Of a stretch of DNA of 64,000 nt, positions 25,891-39,365 are shown piece after piece; the stretch's first letter is position 1; every line of letters begins with the position of its first letter. A model generated the notes under the pieces. The model saw only the letters and a list, made by a program, of their open reading frames with translations. It was not told the DNA's origin and ran no database searches. The translations under genes were made by a program, and so were the position numbers. Source of the stretch: Octopus vulgaris (lineage: Eukaryota); NCBI GenBank assembly GCA_951406725.2, contig OX597820.1, positions 56,048,001-56,112,000 on the forward strand, in the 5' to 3' direction.

Positions 25891-26600
25891 CTCACATCAT
25901 CATTTAACCTCAATGGAATTTGAAATCAGAACCTAAAGAGATGGAAGAAATACCGCAAAACATTTTTTCTCCAATCATCATCATCTTTTAACGTTCATTT
26001 TCCATGCTAGCGTATGTTGAACAATTTGACAGAAACTGGCAAGCCAGAGGACTACACCAGGCTCCAATTGTCTGCATTGGCATGGTTTCTGCATGTAGAT
26101 GCCATTCCTAATGCCAACCACTTTGCAGAGTGTACTTGGTGCATTTTGTGTGGCACCAGCACCAATGCTTTATACATGGCACCAACACATGTGCTTTTTT
26201 GCGTTGTGCCAGCATGGCTTCATGTTATGTAGCACAAACATGAGTGCTTATTACATGGCACCAGACAAAATTGTTACCGAAAGTATGGAGCCAACTCTGT
26301 CTTTCTAATTTGAAATTCTTCTGGAGATGTCTATACTTTACCATTTATTCACTACTGGTAAAATAAGTATCTGCAGTGCATTAAAGTCAATTGTTTGTAC
26401 TCAGATTATGAAATAAAGGACAAAATATACACCATGTCTTTTGTTTCTGATAGGGGCATGGTTAAGAAATAGAAGTCATTAAAATGTAATAAATTGAGGT
26501 TATTGATCAGCCTATGATAAAAGCCTATGATGAAAAAAATGTTCAGTTATGACCATTTTTTTTTTTGGTTATCCTACATGTGTCTAGAATGACATAAAAC

Positions 26601-26793
26601 CAGTGGCATATGATGGTTGTTGTCCTGGGTGTGCTGCCACATCCAATGCCACCAAATTTCAAGCAAGGGTATAACAAAAGTTTCCATTAAGATTTGTGAT
26701 TGAATTAAGGAGTAAAGTTAATAATTATAATGAATTTGCCATTTTTTATGGGTGTGCAGTGCATACCTAACACACCTGGAATATACACCTCTG
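26601..26793. mobile_element. hAT-like MITE
   Basis: CAG...CTG termini (cagtggcatat/atatacacctctg) and 8-bp TSD cataaaac/tgtaaaac. Confidence 0.6.
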
Positions 26794-27171
26794 TGTAAAA
26801 CACAGTGTCCTTTCTTTTTAAGGGTGTAGTTTTCAAAAATATTTTATAGTTATTTCTAACAAGTTTAGTGACCACATAGAAAATTCCTCAGTAGTTAAGC
26901 AAGTTTAGATGCTTTTTCAGTATCTAGTTAGGTGTGTCCCCTATCAGGATTCAAATGTACTCACTGTGACTTCTGTTGTTTTTTTTTTGCTTTTGTTTTT
27001 GTCTTTTTTTTTCCTTTTTGGTGTTGATACATTAACAGTTTTATTATGTTCAAATAAGATACTAAAAATATATTCACGCTTAAGGTATTTAGGTACATCT
27101 CTTTATGATCTGTGTTCAAATACCACACATGCCTACTTGGCCGTTTGTCCTCCTTTGGGTGATAAAATAGG

Positions 27172-27670
27172 TACATGGTCTGATCAATAAGTATCCGGAC
27201 TGTTGCTATAGTAATGAAGCTGAAGCACACAGAGTGAAGCTGCTTGGCACAGATTGACCTTGAACTCTGCTGTGCATGTACACTAAGTTTTAACATTCTA
27301 GCTCACTTCCACTGTTCACAGCAGTGCTTGGAAGGAACATGTGTAGCATGTGACTGCCACATTGACCATGACAGAGAAAGGTGAGCAGAGATTCTGTACC
27401 AAATTTTTCCAAAAGCTTGGTGGTACCTGCTCAGGGGCCTATGCAAAGTTTTCAAAAGTTTTCATTGTTCTCAACACAGTCAAGGAGATCTTGTGCAACT
27501 GAAACCTGAGTGTCTTTTGGGTCAGCTGAAAGAAGTTTTGGTACAAACTTGGCAGACACATGTCTCATACCCAAATCTTCAGTGATAATGAAGTGAACTG
27601 AACCGTAACTAATCTGCACATCCTCTGATAACTCACAGATGGTGATTCAACGATTTCCCCTCACAGCTGC
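27172..27670. mobile_element. Mariner fragment with internal inversion
   Basis: Plus strand: TIR and MTEKGEQRFCTKFFQKLG. Minus strand 27670-27448: ITICELSEDVQISYGSVHFIITEDLGMRHVSAKFVPKLLS. Confidence 0.8.
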
Positions 27671-27907
27671 CTTTTTAAATGGTACCAGCATTGGTAGGAT
27701 CACCAAGTAACTTGCAAGACAAAAACCCTTTGAGAGGAGAGGGGTCAGATGATGAAAGGTTATAGTGAGACAGAAACAGGTGTCATGCTGTAGGGAAGGT
27801 ACATGGTTACCTAGAGAGAGAGAGAGAGAAAGAAGAATGAGGATAGAAACAGATGTGCTACTGTAAAGGAGATACATGGCTACCTAGTCTAAGGGAAGAG
27901 CAGGAGA

Positions 27908-27952
<45 letters not shown>

Positions 27953-28099
27953 AGATGGCAGGAGAGAGATGGTGACAAAATGCTGGGCATACTCACAAGG
28001 GGCAGGGATCAGAATATAAATGGCATGGTTGAGTAAAAGAAGAGAGAGATAGATGGTGACAAGTGCCAGGGCATAAACCTTGAGATATGGAGGTCATAA

Positions 28100-28770
28100 T
28101 ATAAGTGGCAGGGCATTGCCAAAGAAGTATATGAATACCTCCAATGGTGGAAGTTGTAAAAAAGAAGAAAAACGGGACAGTGTCGGCAGTAAATACACTG
28201 CCAGTATGTTCCGAAGCCCCATTGGTGGAAATTGTGCCACTGATGGTGAAAGTTGTAAAAAAGAAGAAAAACGGGACAGTGCTGGCAGTTAATACACTAC
28301 CAGTATGTTCCGAAGCCCCGTCGGTGGGAATTGTGCCACCGATGGAGGAAATTGTAGCCTCGACCCAATGGAAGAACAATATTTGGTTTTCTCCAGAAAG
28401 TAAGAGGCGATGGGAAAGCTTTTTAAAAAGCTTGCCAGTGCAGGAGACATAACCTGAAATGGACTCATTCCCTGTGGATGTATTCTGCTTCCGATCAAGG
28501 TACCCTGATCTGGCACTATTGGAGTGCTTGAGTGACACTTCGTGCCGGGTCAGGTGTCGGTGGGGTGGAAAATTGTAAAAGTAAGAGGATGAGTGCCTCA
28601 TATTGAAAGGGCATATGACCCATAAGAAAAAATTGTAAGAGGCCAAGTGCTTCATTTTAAGGACATGGTGTCATTTGAGGTAAGAGGCTTAGTGCCTCAT
28701 TGTAAGGACCTTGAGTCCCAAAGAAATATTGGTAAGATGTTTATTGCCTCAAATTGTAAGCTCACAAAAG
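28100..28770 (+). repeat. Unclassified, probably retroelement ORF1-like remnant containing an in-frame tandem duplication of about 99 bp
   Basis: MVEVVKKKKNGTVSAVNTLPVCSEAPLVEIVPL repeated twice, then FSPESKRRWESFLKSLP. Confidence 0.4.
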
Positions 28771-29060
28771 AACAATGTTTTAGAGAAGCAAAGATCGGTG
28801 GATGTTTTTGCCATCTCACATTAATATCATCCTGTTCACCATTCATCTCATCTCATTAATGTCTTTGTCCAGCCCATAGCTTTTCCATCTGTGTATGGCT
28901 TTCATAGCCAATTTAATGAAATAAAGAAGTATATGAATAAAAATTCATTATGTGCAACATAAAGGTCAGCTAAATGCTATGCCAGTGAATTTTCAACCAA
29001 TATTTTACTATATCAGCGATGACCAATTTTCTCTTAACAAGTAGTTACCAGTGGATACTT

Positions 29061-29100
29061 TCTACTGATGAAACCCAAAGAGACAGAAATGTACATCTAA
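29061..29100 (+). ncRNA. Degenerate minimal hammerhead-like motif
   Basis: CTA CTGATGA AACCCAAAGAGACA GAAA TGTACA TC TAA. Palindromic stem III, decayed stem II. Confidence 0.45.
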
Positions 29101-29929
29101 CAATACCACCACCTCTGCTGGACAATTTTTGTCTGCTACTGATGTATTTTTATGTTTTTTAACATTGTACATCTATAAGGGATATTATCTCAGGATGAAT
29201 ATTGCAGTTAATTAGGATTTCCACGAATGTGTATATTCTAAGTATGATACACAGATAGCTATATACATATATGACAGAATTCTTTGTTTCCATCTATAAA
29301 ATCCACTCACAAAGCTTTCATCAGCCTGGAGCAATAGCACAAGACATTTGTTCAAGATGCCACTTAGTGGAATTGAACCCAGACCGTGTGGCTGGGTAGC
29401 AAGCTTCTTAACCATACAGCCATGTCTGCACCTCCTTTATATATGCTATATAAAAATAAATAAATAAAAAAATTACAGGACATGTTTTATCATAGATCTG
29501 CTTGGTCAGAATTGGCTTGAGGCTAAACAACATAGCAACTCTATGATACTTGCCATATTGGGTGCATAATAAAATTCTCATGAATAAGCAGACACTTACA
29601 TATAAAAAGAAATGTTTAATGCTTAAAGGCTTTTTATTGTATATTTCTTAACTAGTAAATATAAATTTAGATTTTTATGTACTGAGTCATAATAGTCTTG
29701 TGATAATAGGGAAGTGGTTGTATTTGGGAGGAGCTAGCTAAAAGTAAACAAAGTGTAGGCTGGATGAATAACGGTTACTTATATTGGCACAAGTGCTACT
29801 ATTCCCAGGTCTGAATAGACTTGAGAACAATAGTGGCCAAGAGGTAGATTCACACTCCTCAAAACCGTGGAATCTCTGAACCAGGGCCATACTACTGGAT
29901 GCAGTTTAAATAGGATATAACCACCTGAG

Positions 29930-31052
29930 CCAGAGTACGTTGAAATCATGGGATGCAGCATGGTGAATGTGAACTATTTCAGCAAATGAATTTGTTGAGA
30001 AGTGCTGAGTGGATGAACTGAAAACAAACTGACAATGGCCAGGATCAACCAGTTCAGTTAATGAACGACTGCTATTGTTTGTAGTCTTTGTATGTACAGA
30101 TAGTGAAAGACCAATGTTACTAAAGCCCGAACCAGACATTTATGTCATATCACTTGATCGGGACCTGGAGGTGTTGTATTGGATTGAGCAAACTGCCTGA
30201 CCAGATGATGTATGATGATGATATTGGCATAATGTCACAAATTTATTGCAGAACAAATATAATCAATCAAGCAAGAATTTGTCAGAATGCTTCCAGGAAA
30301 GTGAAACAACCCATGTTACACGATGAAAACAGTGAAATTTGGGGGTAAGAGTCAGATGCTTAGGGATATGTAAAAAGTGATGGTTCAAAAAAGTTGGTTA
30401 AAATTGATGGTAACTTGAATAATGCCAAATACATCCAGGTGCTGAAGAACAATTTGACACCAGACGTAGATGAAGGTGAAATTTTTCCGCATGAGGGAGC
30501 TCCATGCCACAGATCGCATGCAACACAACAGAATCTGGCTGATGAAGGTGTTACCATATTGAAAGATTAGCCAGCTCAGAGCCCTGACTTAAATATCATT
30601 GAGCAAATGTGGGAAGAACTAAAGAGAAGAGTTTGTCAGAAGAATCCATGCAAACTTGAAGAGTTGTGGGAGCTTAGCTACAGAGAATGGCATCTTCTAC
30701 CCGTGAAAATGGTGAAGAATTTGTATGCATCTCTTCCCAGGTGCATTGAAGCAATTATTCAAGCTGAGGGAAGCCATATGAAATATTAACAATGTACAGT
30801 AAATTCTTGAAATGAACATTATATAATAGATCTTCACCATAGACATTTTTCTGTTTTAAAACACTGTATTTTGATTGGTTTATGTAAGATGGGTGAAAAC
30901 TTTTGCATGGCCATTTTGGGGGGTTGTCTCATATCTTCCCTTCTCATTCAGAACCCTTACAATGTTTCATCTGTAAAAAATGCACTTATAAGTTGGCAAT
31001 TAGTAGAAATTTACAATGGTTTAAAGTGGCTGAAGACTTTTGCATGATACTG
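29930..31052 (+). mobile_element. Degenerate Tc1 transposon with right TIR
   Basis: TVKFGGKS.M.GY, KIDGNLNNAKYIQVL, GAPCHRS, PAQSPDLNIIEQMWEELKRRV, SLPRCIEAIIQAEGSHMKY. Ends gacttttgcatgatactgTA. Confidence 0.85.
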
Positions 31053-31749
31053 TATATGTACACACACACACACACACATCCTCCTCCTCCTCATCGTTTA
31101 ACGTCTGCTTTCCATGCTAGCATGGGTTGGATGATTTGACTGAGGACTGGTGAACCAGATGGCTGCACCAGGCTCCAATCTGATCTGGCAGAGTTTCTAC
31201 AATTGGATGCCCTTCCCAACGCCAACCAATCCGAAAGTGTAGTGGGTGCTTTTACATGCCACTGGCATGAGGGCCAGTCAGGCAGTACTGGTAACAGCCA
31301 TGCTCAAATGGTGTTTTTTACGTGCCACCTGCAGGAGCCAGTCCGACGGTACTGGCAATATATATATATGCATATACATGCATACATACATACATACATA
31401 CATGCATACACACATAAAATAAAAGATGTAAGCACTGTTGAAAATGATTGAAAAATTGATGCTTTCAAATGAAAATACCATGTGGTATTTGTTTCAGCAA
31501 GTCAGACAATCCTTGCCACTCTTGTCCTTGGAAATGCAGTGAACCAGTGATTGACCCATGATAAAACCTTTAAACTATTTTCTGCAAAATACAAACATAA
31601 AAGGAAAACTAAAACAGATAAGTGGTTCAAGTGCTGGTAAGTCTCCTCAAAGACATCTGTTGATGACTTTCTAAAATTGTTCAGTTTGGAGGAAAAGTGC
31701 TTAGGGTCTATAATTTTTGCAGACCCGCCCAGACTTATTATTGTGGTCA

Positions 31750-33075
31750 AGGATGCAGATGTTTGTGAAGGCAGATGTAAGAAGTGTGGAAATGTGGAAC
31801 TTTAAAAAGGGGAAAGCATTGGTAAGGAGATTTAATATGGATTAATAACCATAGTGGATGTAAAACACTGTGACTTAGTGATGGGTGGTGCCCACAGTAA
31901 AATAAATTTAAGAAACACTTGTAAAGAAATGTGTCAAACTCAAGTACGTTGTGACTCATGGATGAAGATAAATAGGTTGAAATACACGGGGAAATAAAGT
32001 TTTGTAGATAATGGAACAGTGATGACTGCAATGATTGTAATGAAGAATAGCTGATGTTTAGCCCTAGGTTAGTCCTAAATGAGTAGACCTATGATTAGAG
32101 GCATGATTAATTCAACATTTATTAAGATGGAGTGTATTTAAAAATGTTATGTAATGTGTCTTTTTGTAGTACAAGCAGTGGGGTGTAACAATGTTTCCAA
32201 TGATATGATTGTGCTTTTTTGTGTTAATGAAAGAGAACAAGATTGGCACAGTTTTGAGATCTCTGTTCAAGGAGTCAATCAAGATTTGGCACAAGGTGTT
32301 TAGGCTGCTTGTGGATGATATTTGGGAATGGAAAGTCTGTTGCCATCATCTGCATAGGAGTCAGTATTCTTAGAGATGAGAAGTAGGTCATTGTGGAGGT
32401 GCATGGCTTAGTGGTTAGGGTGTTGGACTCATGATTATAAGATTGTGGTTTCAATTCCTGGATCGGGCGATATATTGTGCTCTTGAACAAAACACCTCAT
32501 TTCACGTTGCTCCAGTCAACTCAGCTGGCAAAAGTGAGTAGTCCTGCGATGGACCAGTGTCCCATTCAGGTGGGGAATTTATACACCATGAAACCAGGGA
32601 ACCGGCCCTTATGAGTCGGTATGTCTCGAGAAGGTAACTTTACTTTACTTTACAAGCAGATCATTGAGGTAAAGAGGGAAGAGTATTGGGAACAAAATTG
32701 AATCCTGGGGCACATCAGACTTGTTAAGAATAAGTCAGCATAGAAAACAGATGTTAAATGATGATGACAATGATGAAGATTAGACTGACTCAGACAGAGC
32801 TTGATCGGCACATTAGGAGGCCATGATCTGGTAGAAAGCTACAAAATCAGTCCATGAAATAGACAGACGGGACCTATAGGCAGGTAGTTCTGCTATTGTT
32901 GAGGGCAATGGCACTGAATTCAGCAAATCCTGTAAAGGTGAGAGGCCACTGGTAGTGATACAGGAGAGGGAGTCAAGGTAATAGAGAAGGTTGATGTCTC
33001 CATCAATTTTGAAATGTTGAATATGAGTGTGACAGGATGATAGACGGCAGGGTCTGAAGGGTTGCCTTAGTTTAG
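31750..33075 (-). mobile_element. Old L2/CR1-group RT remnant interrupted by a SINE B (32394-32652)
   Basis: PQDSILFPILFPLYLNDLL | NDLLLISKNTDSYADD. About 13-bp TSD aagtaggtcattg/aagcagatcattg around the SINE. Confidence 0.6.
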
Positions 33076-33924
33076 GAATGGGACACACACACACACTCAC
33101 TCACTCACACACACACACAAACACACACACACACACACACTGCTGCCACCTCTACCACCTTCATTATCATCACCATTGGTTTAACAGCTACTTTTCCATG
33201 TTTGCATGGGTCTGATGAGATTTACTGAAGCAGAATTTCTATGCGTAGACACTCTTCTTGCCACCAATCCTCACCTGTTTTCAAGCAAGGTAATATTTTC
33301 TTCTCTAGTCTGCATTTGCCTTCACAGAAGACCAAAAAACAAACATCACCATGTATATCACGGTAAAGTATTGTTTACATTTAGCAAGTGATGCCATGGC
33401 AAAGAGTGACACCAATACATATCTAACATGTAATCAACTGGCTACTTTTCGAATTCCATCTACCAATTTATCACATAAGGCTTAACTTGGTTCAGGCTTC
33501 ATAACAAACTCAAGGTGCTGCACAGTGGGACTGAACCGAAAGCCACTTGGTTGTGAAGCAAACTTCTTAACTACATAATCATGCTTGCAATTTCTCTATC
33601 TCTTTATATTTATATATCATATATATTATACATTATATATATTATATATTTTATATATTATACATTATTAAGGCAGTGTTCCAGTATGGCCGCAGTTAAA
33701 TGACTGAAATAGTAAAACAAAAAGAAATATATGTTATATATATATATATATATATCTACCACCACCGCCACCGCCACCGCCGCCACCACCACCACTACCA
33801 CCATCATTTAATGTCGGTTGTCCATGCCATTTGCATGACACCAGTATCTGCCATGGTCGCAATTTTGCTTGGCTTGACAGGTCGTCTTCTCAAGTATGTC
33901 ATGATGCTGAAAGCCTTGGTCATT

Positions 33925-34093
33925 GCCTCTGTGAGGCTCATCACTCAAAAGGAATTCAGCCACTTTGCCTCCGTGAGGTCCAACACTCGAACGGAACTCA
34001 ACCACTTTGTCTCCGTCAGGCTCAACTCTTGAGAGGAACTCAACAATTTTGCCTCCATGAGGGCCAATGCTCGAAAGGAACTCAGCAACTTTG

Positions 34094-34095
<2 letters not shown>
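33925..34095. repeat. 42-bp minisatellite, 4 units, RTE-associated
   Basis: Unit gcctccgtgaggcccaacactcgaaaggaactcagccacttt, the same as at 10367-10720. Confidence 0.85.
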
Positions 34096-34129
<34 letters not shown>

Positions 34130-34284
34130 TTCAGATGAATATGATACTTAAGTTGAGGTACCAGAATTTAGTATGGTATTATCCATACAATTTTAAAGTA
34201 AGGTGATTAAAATCAAAATAAGCAACAAGGATATTCAGTACAATCGTACTGCATTACCTCTGGATAGCCTTGTTGCTTATTTTG

Positions 34285-34315
<31 letters not shown>

Positions 34316-34317
34316 TG

Positions 34318-34348
<31 letters not shown>

Positions 34349-35251
34349 CCTATGAAGGTGTATTAACATAGCAAATTTACTTATTTCTCTGAAGATTGCT
34401 AAAAATGAAGAACAGCCTTAATCAATTTTTGAATCATGTTTTGTGTTTGTGCGTGTGTGTGTGTGAATGTTGACACAGTGTATCTTTATTATAACTGCCT
34501 GAGCAAAAGTGGTAACATTGCTTATATATTCTCCAGTCAGCACATTCTCCATAACTCAAAGGATGTCTAAAAACTAATGGAATGAAAAGTACCTTACTTG
34601 AAAAACAAGTGGTGAGTGACAACAAGAGGAGTATCTGGCTGTGAAAAATCTGTTTAGTAAGTTTTATCAAACCTATGTTAGCATGGGAAAATGGACATTT
34701 TTTACCTCCATTTTCCCATGCAATTGCTACTGTGATATATACATATACACACATACATATATGTGTATGTGTGTGTGGTTTAGATACCAGTACATAAGTT
34801 GCTTTAATGCAAAATTTAGAAATTGCATGCACACACACACACATGCACACACAAACACGCACACATGCTTGCACATAAATGTAGATACAGCTATATATCT
34901 GATGAGGTAGACTTGACCTATGCTCACGAAAGTTTAAGCAATGCGGAACTGAATCAAAATGTTATCAAATACATGTTAACTCCAGCCTGATATGCTGAGT
35001 ATCACTTTCATTCATTTGTTCACACACTTGTATATATCTTTCTTTTCTTTTACTCTTTTCAGTTACTGGACTGCAGCCATGCTGGGACACTAGTTTGAAA
35101 TTAGGTTGACTAAACTGATAACTACTCTCAAGTCTGGCATTTATTCCATATTCCGCTTTTGCCAAACTAAGCTGCAGAGATGTAAACAAATCCACACTGA
35201 CTATCAAGTGGTGATGGAGGAAAAACAAAAACATACACATACATTCATATA

Positions 35252-35474
35252 TATTGGGTTGGTAAAAAAGTTCATAGCATTTTTTAAGAAAAATTCATTA
35301 ACATTCATAGGCATAGGAGTGGCTGTGTGGTAAGTAGCTTGGTTACCAACCACATGGTTCTGGGTTCAGTCTCACTGTGTGGCACCTTGGGCAAGTGTCT
35401 TCTACTATAGCCTCAGGCCGACCAAAGCCTTGTGAGTGGATTTGGTAGACGGAAACTGAAAGAAGCCCGTTGTA

Positions 35475-35517
<43 letters not shown>

Positions 35518-36250
35518 ATGTGTGTATATGTTTGTGTGTCTGTGTTTGTCCCCCCCAACATCACTTCACAACCGATGCTGGTGTGTTTACATCCCTGTAA
35601 CTTAGCAGTTCGGCAAAAGAAAGTGATAGAATAAGTACTAGACTTCCAAACAATAAGTCCAAGGGTCAATTCGTTCGACTAAAGGCAGTGCTCCAGCATG
35701 GCCACAGTCAAATGACTGAAACAAGTAAAAGAGTAAAGAGTAAAGAGTAACAATATTTAAATAGTTTACTCACACATATTTCTCATTTTGTTCCAATACC
35801 ATCCATTATCTTTGAGGCAGCTTTGTGATCCCATCCTCTCAGAATTTGGCATCTTTCTAGGTCATGAACTAGTCTAAGTAGTTTTTACAATCTTTTAAAG
35901 AATAAAAGTTCTTCCTTTTAAGAAAATTTTGCAGGGATCGGAATAAATTATAATCTGAAGGTGTAAGGTCAGGTGGGTATGGTGGGTGGGGTAGGACATC
36001 CCACCAAAGCTGCACCAATTTCTGCAGAGTCTGCAAAGAAACGTGCAGTCTAGCATTGTCCTAATGTAAGACAACACTGTTTTGACTGGCTAATTCTGGA
36101 TGTTTTTCATCAATTGTCTCCTTTAATCAGTCTAATTGAGAACAATAATAGCATGAATTTAATGTCTGATTTTGTGGAAGTAACTCGTAATACACAATGC
36201 CCTTCCAATCCCACCAGATGCAGAGCGTGACCTTCTTCAGATACAGATCA

Positions 36251-36251
<1 letters not shown>
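35252..36251 (-). mobile_element. Mariner (DD34D) 3' half with TIR, interrupted by a SINE A (35310-35750)
   Basis: KKVTLCIWWDWKGIVYYELLP, LH*DNARLH, HPPYPPDLTPSDYNLFRSLQNFL. TIR tattgggttgg at 35252. Confidence 0.9.
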
Positions 36252-36294
<43 letters not shown>

Positions 36295-36614
36295 TCTTTT
36301 ACTTGTTTCAGTCATTTGACTGTGGCCATGATGGAGCACCGCCTTTTTTAGTCAAGCAAACTGACCCCCAAGACTTATTCTTTGTAAGCCTAGTACTTAT
36401 TCTATCAGTCTCTTTTGTCAAACCGCTAAGTTACAGAGACGTAAACACAATAGCATAGGTTGTCAAGCGATGTTGGGGGGGACAAACACAGACACCCAAA
36501 CATATACACACATACATACATCATCATCATCATCATCATTTAGCGTCCGTTTTCCATGCTAGCATGGGTTGGACTTGTATATATGTATATATATACACAT
36601 ATATATGACTTGTG

Positions 36615-36648
<34 letters not shown>

Positions 36649-37469
36649 TACGACGGGCTTCTTTCAGTTTCAGTCTACCAAATCCACTCACAAGGCTTTG
36701 GTCAGCCTGAGGCTATAGTAGAAGACACTTGCCCAATGAACCCGGAACCATGTGGTTTGTAGGCAAACTACTTATCACACAGCCACTCCTACGCCTACTT
36801 TATATACATACACACACACATATATACACACACACAAATACGCACACACATACATACATACATAAATACACACACACAAACACGTGCATATGAGAAGGTT
36901 GTGTTAAGGTATTGCTAACAGTGACTGACCCCAAAAAATCCCCTAATATCCCCAATAGCCTACTCACCTCTATTGTTCACTGTGCTAATTCTAGCTAAAA
37001 CCCTTTCTTTATAGACTCAAGTACAGTCACACAAACAGTACAGCTCAGGGTTTCCAGTTAGTCCACCACTCCCACCACTCCACTAGCTTTATGAAAGTGG
37101 TGTTGTTGGTGGCGGCTATCTATTATGATGATAAGAATGTAAGAGGGAACTTTGGTGATTGTTGGAATGATCCACCATGAAAACAAACTAAAATATGAGT
37201 GGATGGGTTGGGTTTGAGCTGATGGATAAAAGATTAGCTACAGGTATAGCATTTCAAAGAGACAGGTGTGTACACACACACACAACACCTATGTATCAGA
37301 AGTGGATGTCCCCTATGATACACCCACATGCCATTAGTATTTATGACTATCCCAACCAATCCCTTCCTCATGGCTTCATCTAAATATTTATATCCTGATA
37401 TTGGATAGAGGTTCTTTCTGTATTTAGCTCCTTGTGGACATGTTTTTATTTTGTCTATATGTCTAATGC

Positions 37470-37690
37470 TTAATCCTTTTGTTACTATATCTATATTTCT
37501 TTCAATTACTTTAAATATAACGAAGAATTTAGTAAAATAACTTAGTTATCATTCAGCTAGTGTTAGTGTTAGGAACATAAATTGTGACTAAGGTTTGGTG
37601 GAAGATTTTAATTCAAAACTTATGAAAACAAGACGTTTGTACTCAGAGCCAGAGCGGGGGTTTCAGCTGAGTTGGTAACAAAAGGGTTAA
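37470..37690. mobile_element. piggyBac-like MITE
   Basis: TTAA-tccttttgttac ... gtaacaaaaggg-TTAA. Confidence 0.7.
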
Positions 37691-39365
37691 ACAATATATC
37701 TGGGCTGGGATAAACTATTTCCTGTCTAATATTAAATGAATGACTGACTCACTGACTGAATGAATGAAATCTTTTTCTTTTTTATCTTTTTTATAAAGTA
37801 TGAAGAGTCAGTTTGAGGGAAATAATTTTCAGAAACCTTATGTTATTCATTCATTCATTCATTCATTCATTCATTCATTCATTCATGCATTCATTCATAC
37901 ATACATACATAAATACATGCATGCATGCATACATACATACATACATTCATATACACACGTACATAAACTCACAGATACATGCATACATACACGTGGCTCC
38001 AGCAGAAGGTAATGGCGAACTTCTGCTGACTCTTTCACCACAACTTTCTCTCACTCTTTCCTCCTGGATTTTGCAGCTCATCTGTGACAGACCAGTGTCC
38101 CATCCAGGTGGGAAGCCTATATGCCAAGGAAACCGGGAAACCAGCCCTTATGAGCCAGGCATGGTTCGAGAAGGAACATACAACAACAAAACATATGCTG
38201 CATGTACTTCTGAGTTACAGAGCTGGATTAACCAATAATACAAATAAGCACATGCTTAGGGCATCAAAGGAAGGTGGGGTACCACACAAATGGTAAATAG
38301 TTTACAGCATAAAAGGGATCACTCTAAACTTACTAAAATAATATCTGGGATACCTTATTTCTACTAAGTATAGAAACAGATGGTGTTATGTAAGATTAAT
38401 TTTGAGGATGTGATCAAAGACACTGCAATTAAAAAAAAAAGTAGGAGAAAACTTTTTAAATATAAATAAAGTAGAAGTATACAAAAATAAACATTATTTC
38501 CCATCTTAGTGTTAGTTTTTTTTCATTTTGAAAAATAAAAAAATTATTTTATGGCTTATAATAGTTTATATTTTGAATTACATATCTATGGGGTCACCAA
38601 AATCTTTGTGCTTAGGGACCTCTATGGGTCTTAATCTAGTGCTCGTTACAAATACTGGATCATGTTAATGTTACCTAAGAAAGGAAAAAATCTTGTTTGT
38701 ATTTAAATTTGTAATTTGACAAGAAAGGATCCTTGTTAATCCGGAATGACTGAGATAGAGAGATTCAAAGAGCCAACTAACATGACATAAAAAAAAAAGC
38801 TATAGAACGATATAAGGACAGTTGAAATAATTCCTGAAATCAATAATTTCTTCATACATGCATGCTTAAAGTAAAAGAAAATTAGGAAAACAGTAAAAAG
38901 AAAACTAAAACAAAACAACAAAAATTACATATACAATGAAAAACACTTCTTTTATCTCCATATGATTCATATTATTGAAGAAACTGTACGAGACACCCAT
39001 TTGGTAAAATACTGGTTAAACCAGTCATATATGGTAACATAGAGATACATGACTCAGTTGTGAGTGGTTTAAGCAAGGGATTGATTATAAATATTATATC
39101 AAATAGCTATAAATTGTATGCATGCTTGCATGCATGAGTGAACAGTATTATTTTCCAGTAGATATAATTGTTAGTTTAAGAAAAAGAGGTAACACAAGTG
39201 GTGACCAACACCTGCACTTGCAGAATGTTGCATCACAAGTCATTGAATAATAGCTGGTCATGGTGTATAACAGATAACTGTGTGCTGTGACCCTGGTAAA
39301 AAGATCTCATTTCATAGGTGTGTGTGCGTGTGTGTGTGTGTGCATGTACGTATGTATATATATAT

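Noticed and set aside
33925-34095. CRISPR-like regularly spaced repeats
   Set aside because: Contiguous 42-bp tandem units with no unique spacers, inside an RTE-derived repeat in eukaryotic DNA.
36961-37130. Strong minus-strand donor GAG|GTGAGT near 36968
   Set aside because: No convincing acceptor or reading frame upstream. It cannot be supported without RNA data.
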